Made by a program: the position numbers and the translations under genes | Notes under the pieces: model-generated | What the model was told of the DNA's origin: nothing | The model's database searches: none | The model's input: only the letters and a program-made list of their open reading frames with translations | In this document: positions 1-7,586 of the stretch, piece after piece | Numbering within the stretch: the first letter of the stretch is position 1 | How the letters are laid out: each line of letters starts with the position of its first letter | Assembly: GCA_030693295.1 (NCBI GenBank) | Contig: JAUYAT010000057.1 | Coordinates: 1 to 56,522, forward strand | Length of the DNA: 56,522 nucleotides | Origin: a bacterium | Lineage (GTDB): Bacteria; Patescibacteriota; Patescibacteriia; Patescibacteriales; VMTK01 | Reading direction: 5' to 3'

Positions 1-146
1 CGCGCGTAAAATAAAGAAATGTAGAGAAAATTTTTCTGCGAGGCAGGCCGCCGTCATCGGCGGCAGGCGGCGGGGCGGAGCGAGTGGATTTTTTCAAGAA
101 TTTTTGATAAAGTAGGTTCGAGCGAAATCGTAAATATACTCAATAG

Positions 147-175
147 TTGACATTAAAATGATAATAAGCTAATAT
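147..175 (+). promoter_or_regulatory. sigma70-like promoter upstream of rpsP
   Basis: TTGACA (147-152), 17-nt spacer, TAATAT (170-175), about 40 nt upstream of the rpsP ATG. Confidence 0.45.
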
Positions 176-216
176 TCTAAAAGAGTTAATTTATTAACGC
201 ACTAACTATTTAAATT

Positions 217-567
217 ATGCTGACAATAAGACTATCAAGAATAGGAAAAAAAAATCAGCCGCTTTACCGCCTAATAATCTCGGAAAAAACAAAGGATCCT
301 TATGGCCGCGCGCTGGAAATTTTGGGCTCGTACAATCCATTTACAAAACAACTGCAGGCGAAAAACGATAGGATTAAATACTGGCTGAGCAAGGGAGCGC
401 AAATGTCTCCTACGGTTAATAACCTTTTAATTGAAAAAAAGATTATTGAAGGAAAAAAAGTAACCGCTTCAAAGCCGGGGGAAAAGAAAAAGGCGGCTAA
501 GCCAGGCAAAAAAGACGAGACAAAAGCGAAGGAGACAGAACCGGAACAAAGCATATTGACAAATTAA
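217..567 (+). CDS. rpsP: 30S ribosomal protein S16 with lysine-rich C-terminal tail
   Basis: N-terminus MLTIRLSRIGKKNQPLYRLII..YNP..KYWLSKGAQMSPTV is the canonical S16 signature. It sits in the conserved rpsP-KH-trmD-(rplS) neighbourhood. Confidence 0.95.
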   Translation: MLTIRLSRIGKKNQPLYRLIISEKTKDPYGRALEILGSYNPFTKQLQAKNDRIKYWLSKGAQMSPTVNNLLIEKKIIEGKKVTASKPGEKKKAAKPGKKDETKAKETEPEQSILTN

Positions 568-686
568 AAATTTATTGTATACTATAATAGAACCCTTTAA
601 CAATGGGGCAGTTAATAATTAAGAGCTCTTTCAAATCTGACTGGATGTAATAATTTAATAGTCAATTTGGAAGAAAAAGAAAAACT

Positions 687-1007
687 ATGGAGCAAGCTGT
701 CAAAGACAAAGAATTTTTAGAGTACATCGTTAAAGCCATTGTCAGCAACCCTGACAAAGTATCAGCGGAAAGAACAGTGGACGAAATGGGCGTTTTATTA
801 ACATTAAAAATCGACCCGTCCGACATGGGTTATGTTATCGGCCGAAGAGGCCAGACTGCCCAGGCTATCAGAACTTTATTAAAAATTGTCGGAGCTAAAA
901 ATCAGGCTCGCATTAATTTAAAGATCTATGAGCCGGAAGGATCCCGAAGGCCAAGCAGAAGGAGCGAAGACATTGACACTTCAAGCGTTGATGACTTAAA
1001 AATCTAA
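687..1007 (+). CDS. KH-domain RNA-binding protein (YlqC/UPF0109 type)
   Basis: Motif VIGRRGQTAQAIRTLL (the GxxG KH loop). Conserved position between rpsP and trmD. Confidence 0.85.
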   Translation: MEQAVKDKEFLEYIVKAIVSNPDKVSAERTVDEMGVLLTLKIDPSDMGYVIGRRGQTAQAIRTLLKIVGAKNQARINLKIYEPEGSRRPSRRSEDIDTSSVDDLKI

Positions 1008-1031
1008 ACAAAAAATAAATTAAATATTCGC

Positions 1032-1062
1032 AAAGCCACAGAAAATTCTGTGGCTTTGTGTT
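1032..1062 (+). terminator. rho-independent terminator-like hairpin
   Basis: AAAGCCACAG / CTGTGGCTTT stem followed by a T-rich tract, directly after the KH gene stop. Confidence 0.5.
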
Positions 1063-1073
1063 ATAATTAAACT

Positions 1074-1790
1074 ATGACTTTTCATATCATTACAATCTTC
1101 CCCGATATTTTTAACTCTTACTTTAACGAGAGCATTCTTAAGCGCGCGCAAGAAAACAAACTGATTAAAATTAAAATACATGATTTGCGCGACTGGACAG
1201 CCGATAAGCATAAAACAGTTGATGATACGCCTTATGGCGGAGGAGCCGGAATGGTAATGAAGGTTGAACCGATATACAAAGCCGTAAAGGCTTTAAAGTC
1301 CCAAATCCCAAATCCCAAATCCCAAATAAATTCAAAATTCAATCCGCCAGCTGGCGGACAAAATTCAAAATTCATACTTCTGTCTGCCAAAGGTAAAACA
1401 TGGAATCAGCAGATGGCGAAAAAGTATTCAAAATTGGATGAAATAATTTTAATCTGCGGCAGATACGAAGGGGTGGACGAGCGGGTTAAAAAATTCGTTG
1501 ACGAGGAAATTTCAATCGGCGATTATGTTTTAACCGGCGGAGAAATTCCGGCAATGGCGATTGTTGATTCAGTAACGCGCCTTCTGCCCGGCGTATTGGG
1601 CAATATTGAAAGCGCCAAATATGAATCGCATGCCGTTCCAGGAGTTTTAGAATATCCGCAATACACGCGCCCGGAAATTTTTTCCGCCGGCGGCAAAAAA
1701 TTGCGAGTACCCAAAGTTTTATTATCCGGCAACCATAAAGAAATAGAAACCTGGCGTGAGAAACACAGCAAAAAAACTAAAAATTTCTAA
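1074..1790 (+). CDS. trmD: tRNA (guanine37-N1)-methyltransferase
   Basis: [13 protein letters not shown]..., [34 protein letters not shown] and LLSGNH motifs are typical TrmD. An extra loop (residues around [26 protein letters not shown]) is encoded by a repeat. Confidence 0.95.
   Translation: MTFHIITIFPDIFNSYFNESILKRAQENKLIKIKIHDLRDWTADKHKTVDDTPYGGGAGMVMKVEPIYKAVKALKSQIPNPKSQINSKFNPPAGGQNSKFILLSAKGKTWNQQMAKKYSKLDEIILICGRYEGVDERVKKFVDEEISIGDYVLTGGEIPAMAIVDSVTRLLPGVLGNIESAKYESHAVPGVLEYPQYTRPEIFSAGGKKLRVPKVLLSGNHKEIETWREKHSKKTKNF
1299..1374 (+). repeat. in-frame heptamer run plus palindromic mini-insertion inside trmD
   Basis: About 4 tandem TCCCAAA heptamers (1299-1327). Then the 14-nt direct repeat AAATTCAAAATTCA (1328-1341 and 1361-1374) flanks the perfect 16-nt palindrome TCCGCCAGCTGGCGGA (1343-1358). 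Confidence 0.6.
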
Positions 1791-1811
1791 CATTAAAATT
1801 GGTTTATCAGT

Positions 1812-1840
1812 TTGACACTATTTAATGTATGTTATATTAT
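1812..1840 (+). promoter_or_regulatory. sigma70-like promoter upstream of hicB
   Basis: TTGACA (1812-1817), 17-nt spacer, TATTAT (1835-1840). Confidence 0.4.
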
Positions 1841-1862
1841 AATTAATAATAATGCAGCTAAT

Positions 1863-2138
1863 ATGCAAAAGAAAAAATTACAATATCACGCAATATTTGA
1901 ACCGGCTGAAGAAGGCGGGTACAATGTTTCATTTCCGCAATTTCCAGGGTGTGTGACCTTTGGACGCACCTTTGAAGAAGCTAAAAAAAAGGCGCAGGAA
2001 GTTTTAGAGTTGTGGCTGGAAGAATTGGCTTCCGAAGGAAAAAAAATTCCTGTTTTTAAACTTCGCCCGATTATAGATGAAGTCCAAGTATTTTTACCTC
2101 CAAAAGCCAAAATTTCTTATGCGTCCAATAACTGCTAA
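1863..2138 (+). CDS. hicB: type II antitoxin, HicB family (UPF0150 fold)
   Basis: YHAIFEPAEEGGYNVSFPQFPGCVTFGRTFEEAKKKAQEVLELWLE matches the HicB N-terminal domain. Internal ATG at 1863 chosen over the ORF-track start at 1812. It overlaps the hicA start. Confidence 0.8.
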   Translation: MQKKKLQYHAIFEPAEEGGYNVSFPQFPGCVTFGRTFEEAKKKAQEVLELWLEELASEGKKIPVFKLRPIIDEVQVFLPPKAKISYASNNC

Positions 2139-2331
2139 AAAATTAATCAAAATACTTCTTGATAATGGTTTTATTTTATCAAGACAAAAAGGCAGCCATG
2201 CGATTTATCACCATCAAAATTCAGGAATTATAGCGCCGGTTCCTTTGCACGGTAAAAACAAACCGATTCATATTGGTACGCTATCAGCCATAATCAAACA
2301 ATCAAAAATACCTAAAGAAAAATTTAAATAA
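2119..2331 (+). CDS. hicA: type II toxin, HicA family mRNA interferase
   Basis: KKLIKILLDNGFILSRQKGSHAIYHH is the HicA/YcfA signature. ATG at 2119 overlaps the hicB 3' end by 20 nt. Confidence 0.8.
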   Translation: MRPITAKKLIKILLDNGFILSRQKGSHAIYHHQNSGIIAPVPLHGKNKPIHIGTLSAIIKQSKIPKEKFK

Positions 2332-2552
2332 TAAACAATATTATTCAATATTAGCAAAAAATTCGTCAGCCACCTTGACGATTTTTTTATTTTATGCTAT
2401 TGTAAAATATTAAAGTCGGTCTTATATCCTTCTGCTTTTCATCGCGTTAACAGACATTACGCGGTAAAAGGCGGAAGGATAATAAGGTTCGGCTTTGTCG
2501 GACCTTAAAAATTAAATAAAAAAATATTGCCGAATGGCAAGAGGAGGAAAAG

Positions 2553-3224
2553 ATGGGCGCAATTAAAGATTTTCTAAAAGATTTTGGAAGTGATATGTTA
2601 GCTGAATTTTTTAGCATGGGGGCGATGAAAAAAATATTAACAAAAGGCATGGCACAAAAAACGGCTGAAAAAGTTGAGGCAAAATTACCAGAAATTAAAT
2701 TCGGAGGTATTTTAGATCTCTCTGATGAAACAGCATTTTTTGGCATTATAGGCAAACTAGAAGCGGAACCGGATTGCAAAGATTATGCTGAAAAAATAAC
2801 AAAATTTCTAAATTCACTGGATTATGATTGGCAAAGAAGAAAATTTCGTGTTGTTATTGGAACGCTCGCTAACATAGAATACACAAAAACGATAACAAAG
2901 GAAAGTGAAACAATACCAAGTCAAAAAGGCGGGCCTACTAAAAAAGAAAGGGTTACTGAAATCAAAACTAATCTTGCCATAGAATTTTTAAAAAGCTTTG
3001 CGAGATTCAACGAAAATCAAATGAAAGAAGTATGCGAAGCGGCTGGAATTATGGATTCTTCCTTGGATACTGTTAAAAAAGGAATAAAAAATGTACTTAG
3101 TGTGGCAAAACACATTGAAGAAAGTGAAGCCGCTCAAAAAGTAATGACTAGTTTGGCAGACAAAATGAGAGCAAGAATAAAAACTCTAAGAAACCGTGCA
3201 AATAACGATATTATAATAAGATAG
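2553..3224 (+). CDS. hypothetical soluble protein (no recognisable domain)
   Basis: 223-aa ORF with strong RBS (GAGGAGG 8 nt upstream). Helical, charged composition; no motif I recognise. Confidence 0.55.
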   Translation: MGAIKDFLKDFGSDMLAEFFSMGAMKKILTKGMAQKTAEKVEAKLPEIKFGGILDLSDETAFFGIIGKLEAEPDCKDYAEKITKFLNSLDYDWQRRKFRVVIGTLANIEYTKTITKESETIPSQKGGPTKKERVTEIKTNLAIEFLKSFARFNENQMKEVCEAAGIMDSSLDTVKKGIKNVLSVAKHIEESEAAQKVMTSLADKMRARIKTLRNRANNDIIIR

Positions 3225-3236
3225 GGAGGTGGCAAA

Positions 3237-4208
3237 ATGACTATCTGGGAATTTTTAGTGTTAACCTGGCAATGGCTTGGCGTGGAGTATGAAGACGGGC
3301 AAATTGCAAATCTACGCGAAGTAATTAACGATTCTCGCGATAGAGTGGAGCAATGGTGGAGATGGGGACGCAGAATAACATTATTGGTTATCATTATCTC
3401 TTTTGGCCTTTCTTTGATTAGTATTGGCCTTGGGGTGTGGCTTAAAAATGGAGTTCCTAACGCTATTGTAGGTATCTTGATAGCCCCTTTTCTATTTATA
3501 ATGGTGGTGTGGTGGACTCCGCTTGCGTCTATTTTCGGAGTAGTGGTTGAAATTATATACTTACGCTTTAAAACTGCTCCTGAAAAAGCATTGCAATATG
3601 CCAAACTATGGCTGGGAATTGTGGCAAGTATCCTGATGTGGGAACTGATAATCTGCTTTGCTTTCACTTATGTCCCTTATTGGAATAAGCCGTCCAGAAT
3701 CCCCGGCATGTTGCTTTGTTCTTTGATTATTGCCATTACCGGGATAAAATGGATGAGAAAACCGTGGTATAAAAAAATAATAACTGCCATGGTTATATTC
3801 ATGCTTGCTGCTAATGTTGTAGCTTGTTTTCTACCAAAAGCAGCGCAGGCGGTACCCGAAAGAATTAGCAAAATAGATGAAAAAGGCGCCACAATACTTC
3901 GGGAGGGATGGCCTCAAAAACCAGAACCTACTTGCACGTCACCGCGCGACATCAGCTGGATGACCTTTAAGATAACTCCCGCAAAACAGGATTTTTTCAG
4001 AGTTTACGCGGGAGATACCATCTACTATTTCGCTGACAAAGGATTTTGGGTGGAATACGAAGATGGCAACAAATATTTCAATAATCCATCATATGATGGC
4101 CAGATGATGGAATTTACAATAACCACTGCCAACGAAAAGGGGGAAATTGCGAGAGTATGGAGCGATGAAACGCTCCAACTCAAATATAGAGTAAAAAGTC
4201 GCGGATAA
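3237..4208 (+). CDS. hypothetical multi-pass membrane protein with C-terminal soluble beta-rich domain
   Basis: 323-aa ORF with RBS GGGAGGTGG and a 12-nt gap after the previous ORF. Several hydrophobic segments, then a 110-aa Y/W/F-rich tail. Confidence 0.6.
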   Translation: MTIWEFLVLTWQWLGVEYEDGQIANLREVINDSRDRVEQWWRWGRRITLLVIIISFGLSLISIGLGVWLKNGVPNAIVGILIAPFLFIMVVWWTPLASIFGVVVEIIYLRFKTAPEKALQYAKLWLGIVASILMWELIICFAFTYVPYWNKPSRIPGMLLCSLIIAITGIKWMRKPWYKKIITAMVIFMLAANVVACFLPKAAQAVPERISKIDEKGATILREGWPQKPEPTCTSPRDISWMTFKITPAKQDFFRVYAGDTIYYFADKGFWVEYEDGNKYFNNPSYDGQMMEFTITTANEKGEIARVWSDETLQLKYRVKSRG

Positions 4209-4227
4209 ACCAATATCCGCGACTTAA

Positions 4228-4270
4228 AGGGGCGAGTTACTACAAAATAACTCAACGCCCCTTTTTTATT
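4228..4270 (+). terminator. rho-independent terminator
   Basis: AGGGGCG ... CGCCCCT stem followed by TTTTTTATTT. Confidence 0.6.
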
Positions 4271-4329
4271 TATTAAAATAATGCTAAAATTTAAATATAA
4301 GATTTATGTTAATAACTTTTATTAATAAC

Positions 4330-4698
4330 ATGAAGAAAATAATATTATTTTTATCTTTTTTCTCGCTTTTAATCCTTCTAACCTCAGTGGTGTCTGCTGC
4401 GACACAGACTAATCCTCAACCAAGCGCTACGGCCGGCACCGTCTCCCTCACCAACCCTCTCCCTGACACCTCTCCCCAAAAACTTATCGGCCTCGTTATT
4501 AAGGCCGTGTTGGGCATTGTCGGCTCTCTTGCCTTGGTTATGTTTATCTACGGCGGCTTTTTGTGGATGACCAGCGCCGGCAACGCGGAACAAGTGCAAA
4601 AAGGCAAAAATGTTTTAATCTGGGCAACGCTCGGGCTGGCTGTTATTTTTTCCGCCTACGCGCTGGTAAACTTTGTCATTAAAGGAATTGGAGCATAA
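4330..4698 (+). CDS. TrbC/VirB2-like (T4SS-pilin-like) small membrane protein, paralog 1
   Basis: Signal peptide, then two TM helices flanking YGGFLWMTSAGNAEQVQKGK. The same core is shared by eight other ORFs in the window. Start uncertain (4306 or 4330). Confidence 0.75.
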   Translation: MKKIILFLSFFSLLILLTSVVSAATQTNPQPSATAGTVSLTNPLPDTSPQKLIGLVIKAVLGIVGSLALVMFIYGGFLWMTSAGNAEQVQKGKNVLIWATLGLAVIFSAYALVNFVIKGIGA

Positions 4699-4728
4699 AA
4701 CAAAGAACATAAAACATAGAACAAGGAA
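4696..4728 (+). repeat. AACAT-type heptad repeat block (left arm of four-helix-bundle cassette)
   Basis: AAAACAAAGAACATAAAACATAGAACAAGGAA. Imperfect inverse of the block at 5148-5184. Confidence 0.6.
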
Positions 4729-4732
4729 ATAT

Positions 4733-5098
4733 ATGAGTTTTTATGATGATTTAAAAATTAAAATGCATCAGTATGTCAAAGATATTTATAAAGTTAGCAA
4801 AAATTTTCCTAAAGAAGAACTATATGGAATAGTGTCACAATTAAGAAGGGCGGCACTTTCAGTAATTTTAAATTTTATTGAAGGATATGCCAGAAGAAAG
4901 GGAAATAACTGCAAAGTATTTCAAAATTTTCTAGAAATTTCTTATGGCTCTTTAAAGGAATCAAAATATTTAATCTACTTTTCATACACAGAAGGATATA
5001 TATCAAAAGAAAATTATAATAAGTTATTAGTTATGGCTGATGAGATTGGAAAGATGCTTTGGAATATAATATCAAAAAACCCAAAACAAAAAACATAA
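4733..5098 (+). CDS. four-helix-bundle protein (23S rRNA intervening-sequence protein family)
   Basis: KNFPKEELYGIVSQLRRAALSVILNFIEGYARR....FLEISYGSLKESKYLI is the family signature. ATG at 4733 chosen. Confidence 0.85.
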   Translation: MSFYDDLKIKMHQYVKDIYKVSKNFPKEELYGIVSQLRRAALSVILNFIEGYARRKGNNCKVFQNFLEISYGSLKESKYLIYFSYTEGYISKENYNKLLVMADEIGKMLWNIISKNPKQKT

Positions 5099-5184
5099 AA
5101 CAAGCAACGAAAAATAAAAAACATGCGCAAATCTCCGCATGTTTTTTTGTTTCTTGTTCCATGTTCTATGTTCCATGTTCCATG
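5085..5184 (+). repeat. AACAT block, hairpin and inverted CCATGTT heptad block (right arm of cassette)
   Basis: AACATAAAACAAGCAACG, then hairpin AACATGCG..CGCATGTT with a T-run (5115-5147), then GTTTCTTGTTCCATGTTCTATGTTCCATGTTCCATG (5148-5184). Confidence 0.6.
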
Positions 5185-6017
5185 AGCAGCGCCGCGCCAA
5201 TCGCCCCGGCATGCTCGCCTAACTTGCCTTTTATTACTTTTATCTTTTTGGATTCAGTTGAATGAATATATTCACGCATAATTTTTTTTATTTTTGACAA
5301 AAACAAATCGCTTGATTCAATTACTCCGCCTCCGATGATAATTACTTCCGGATCAACTATATTAACAATATTGGCAAAAGCTATTCCTAAATTATAGCCG
5401 ACTTCCTCAAACACTTTTTCCGCCAAAACATCGCCTCTGTACGCTTCGTCCGCCAAAGCGGCAGGATTATTTTGCGTAAGCTTATGGTAAGCCGCTTCAA
5501 GGCTAAGCCCTGTTTCCACGTCAATCACCATCTCGCCCGGCTCGCCGGCGCCGCCGTGGCTGCCTTGATAAATTTCACTATTAAACCACCAAGCGCCGCC
5601 GATGCCTGTGCCGATTATTATGCCGTAAGCATTATTATATTTCCGCCCCGCTCCTAATTTCATTTCCGCGCGCAAAAAGCAACTAACGTCATGATCCATA
5701 CTCACCTGCATGCCTAATTTCTCCTCAAGTTGGCTGGCTAATTTTACTCCGTCAATTATATGCGCATTATTGCAAGTTAATATTTTTTTCTCTTTATAAT
5801 CTATGGTGCCGGGGATTCCTAGCCCTATGCCTTTAATTTTAACTTTATCATTATGTGCCTTATCAACTAACGGCTCAATCAAGGCGTTCAGCATAATCAT
5901 AAAATGCTCCAAAGTGTCTTTCGGAGTCGCCAACTTGTAGTCCATTATTATTTTCTCGCCGTCAAAAAGAATGGCCTTCATATTTGTGCCGCCTATGTCT
6001 ATGCCTATAGTGTACAT
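5166..6017 (-). CDS. ROK-family sugar kinase (glucokinase-like)
   Basis: MYTIGIDIGGTNMK N-terminal ATPase motif, GIGIPG, GTGIGG. Start at 6017 preferred (6035 possible). The last five codons and the stop lie in the CCATGTT heptad repeat. Confidence 0.85.
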   Translation of the reverse strand: MYTIGIDIGGTNMKAILFDGEKIIMDYKLATPKDTLEHFMIMLNALIEPLVDKAHNDKVKIKGIGLGIPGTIDYKEKKILTCNNAHIIDGVKLASQLEEKLGMQVSMDHDVSCFLRAEMKLGAGRKYNNAYGIIIGTGIGGAWWFNSEIYQGSHGGAGEPGEMVIDVETGLSLEAAYHKLTQNNPAALADEAYRGDVLAEKVFEEVGYNLGIAFANIVNIVDPEVIIIGGGVIESSDLFLSKIKKIMREYIHSTESKKIKVIKGKLGEHAGAIGAALLMEHGT

Positions 6018-6051
6018 TTTATTTTCTTTAACCATAGAATAAATAAATTTT

Positions 6052-7050
6052 TTAAAACAGCTTTTTCGCCTCTTCCCACAATTGCCCATCCCCATTTGCT
6101 TCGCGCTCCCAGTACCACCACTCTACTCCCCATAAATAAAACTCTTTAAAGCCGGAAAGGCGGGCAAACTCAATAATTTCCCTGAATTTTTCCAAATTCA
6201 TGGTTCTGTCACGCTCTTCTTTTGATAAATTCTGGTAAGGAACCGGCCCCCACGGCTCCGCCTGCAGTTCAATTACAACCCATTTATCAGGTTTGGCGAA
6301 TAAGCGGGTTATATTTTTCTTAAAGCGGAAAAATCCCGGGGCGATTGGATAATGGATATACATTTTCAAATGCCGCGAATAGGTGTCGCGGTACATTGTC
6401 GTGCCGAAAATATCGGCGCGCCTTGCCGCGGGAATCCAAACAGACAACTCGCCTGAATCAGTAACCACAATCGGCCGGACATCCAAGCTTCTTGTTAAAG
6501 CGATCTCTTTGTCCAAAAATTCACCGTCTACTTCGGGGCAATCGCCAAAATGAGCTAAAAAAGGCTCATTTTCCACCTGCCAAGCCGCGATGCTCTTATT
6601 TTCTTTATAACGGCTAACAACTTTCTCAATATAACTTAATATTTTAGCTTCTCTTTCTTCTTTAGTCAACCCTTTGGCCCAGCCGGGAAAATGGCATTCG
6701 GGCCAGCGGGGCAAGCGCCCGCCAACAGCCAAAATTATTTCCGCTCCGCGCTCTTCCGCTTCGGCGATCTGCCAGTCCAAATCATCCCAAAAATATTCAT
6801 TGCCGTTTTTTTCAACTTCATCCCAATAAGCCGGCAGGCGTATTTTTTTAACCCCCAATTCGTCCAATGCCGCCAGATAAACTTTGCGCCAGTCCAGACC
6901 CAAGCTTTCAGCCTGCTTTTTGGAAAAAGTTATGCCGTATTCCAGCTCGTTATTGCCGTAAATATGGCCGCGGCTTAATAAAAATATTAAAAATAAAAAA
7001 ATAATTAAAATAAAAAATATTCTTTTTATTCTCCTCGCATTTTTAAACAT
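6052..7050 (-). CDS. membrane-anchored glycoside hydrolase, clan GH-A (cellulase/GH5-like TIM barrel)
   Basis: N-terminal signal anchor. WQVENEP (acid/base NEP motif) and overall beta/alpha pattern. Family assignment is tentative. Confidence 0.6.
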   Translation of the reverse strand: MFKNARRIKRIFFILIIFLFLIFLLSRGHIYGNNELEYGITFSKKQAESLGLDWRKVYLAALDELGVKKIRLPAYWDEVEKNGNEYFWDDLDWQIAEAEERGAEIILAVGGRLPRWPECHFPGWAKGLTKEEREAKILSYIEKVVSRYKENKSIAAWQVENEPFLAHFGDCPEVDGEFLDKEIALTRSLDVRPIVVTDSGELSVWIPAARRADIFGTTMYRDTYSRHLKMYIHYPIAPGFFRFKKNITRLFAKPDKWVVIELQAEPWGPVPYQNLSKEERDRTMNLEKFREIIEFARLSGFKEFYLWGVEWWYWEREANGDGQLWEEAKKLF

Positions 7051-7078
7051 ACAAAATTATATGCATATTTCATAACCA

Positions 7079-7516
7079 TTACCAGACCTCTCCGCTAATG
7101 GCCTTTCTTATCTCGTCAACGACAAAAAGAGTGATTGAAAAAGCCACTAAAATAATCACCAAGCCGATTATGCCTCTTGTAAGCTGGTCTTTGGCTTCCC
7201 TGACTTTTTCTTCATTGCCGGCCGCGGTCATCCATTTATAGCCGGCCGTGATGATGATAACCAAAAATATTATTCCCAACAGGCCTAAAACCACCTGTAT
7301 AATTCTGGCAACAATTACCCTTATGTCTTTTGGCGCGTCAGAACCGTAAACTTCGGTGCCAACCTCGCTTAACCCCCCCTCCTGAACCATGTTCCATAAA
7401 TTATTATCGACCGCGCTTACTTTAACCGCGCCAATGCCGCAGACCAAACAAAACTGCGCTAAAAGAGCGACAAATAAAATTATAAAGCTTAAAAAACGTT
7501 TTTTGGCAATTTTCAT
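7079..7516 (-). CDS. TrbC/VirB2-like small membrane protein, paralog 2
   Basis: Signal peptide plus TAGYKWMTAAGNEEKVREAKDQL core between two TM helices. ATG at 7516 chosen. Confidence 0.75.
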   Translation of the reverse strand: MKIAKKRFLSFIILFVALLAQFCLVCGIGAVKVSAVDNNLWNMVQEGGLSEVGTEVYGSDAPKDIRVIVARIIQVVLGLLGIIFLVIIITAGYKWMTAAGNEEKVREAKDQLTRGIIGLVIILVAFSITLFVVDEIRKAISGEVW

Positions 7517-7586
7517 ATTGTTTATGTTATAATTAAATAAGACTATAATTATATTATACTTAAAATCAATAAAAACTACAATCTTT

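Noticed and set aside
5059-5265. 68-aa plus-strand ORF after the four-helix-bundle gene
   Set aside because: It is composed of the heptad repeat, the hairpin and the antisense of the ROK kinase C-terminus. It is low-complexity with no RBS.
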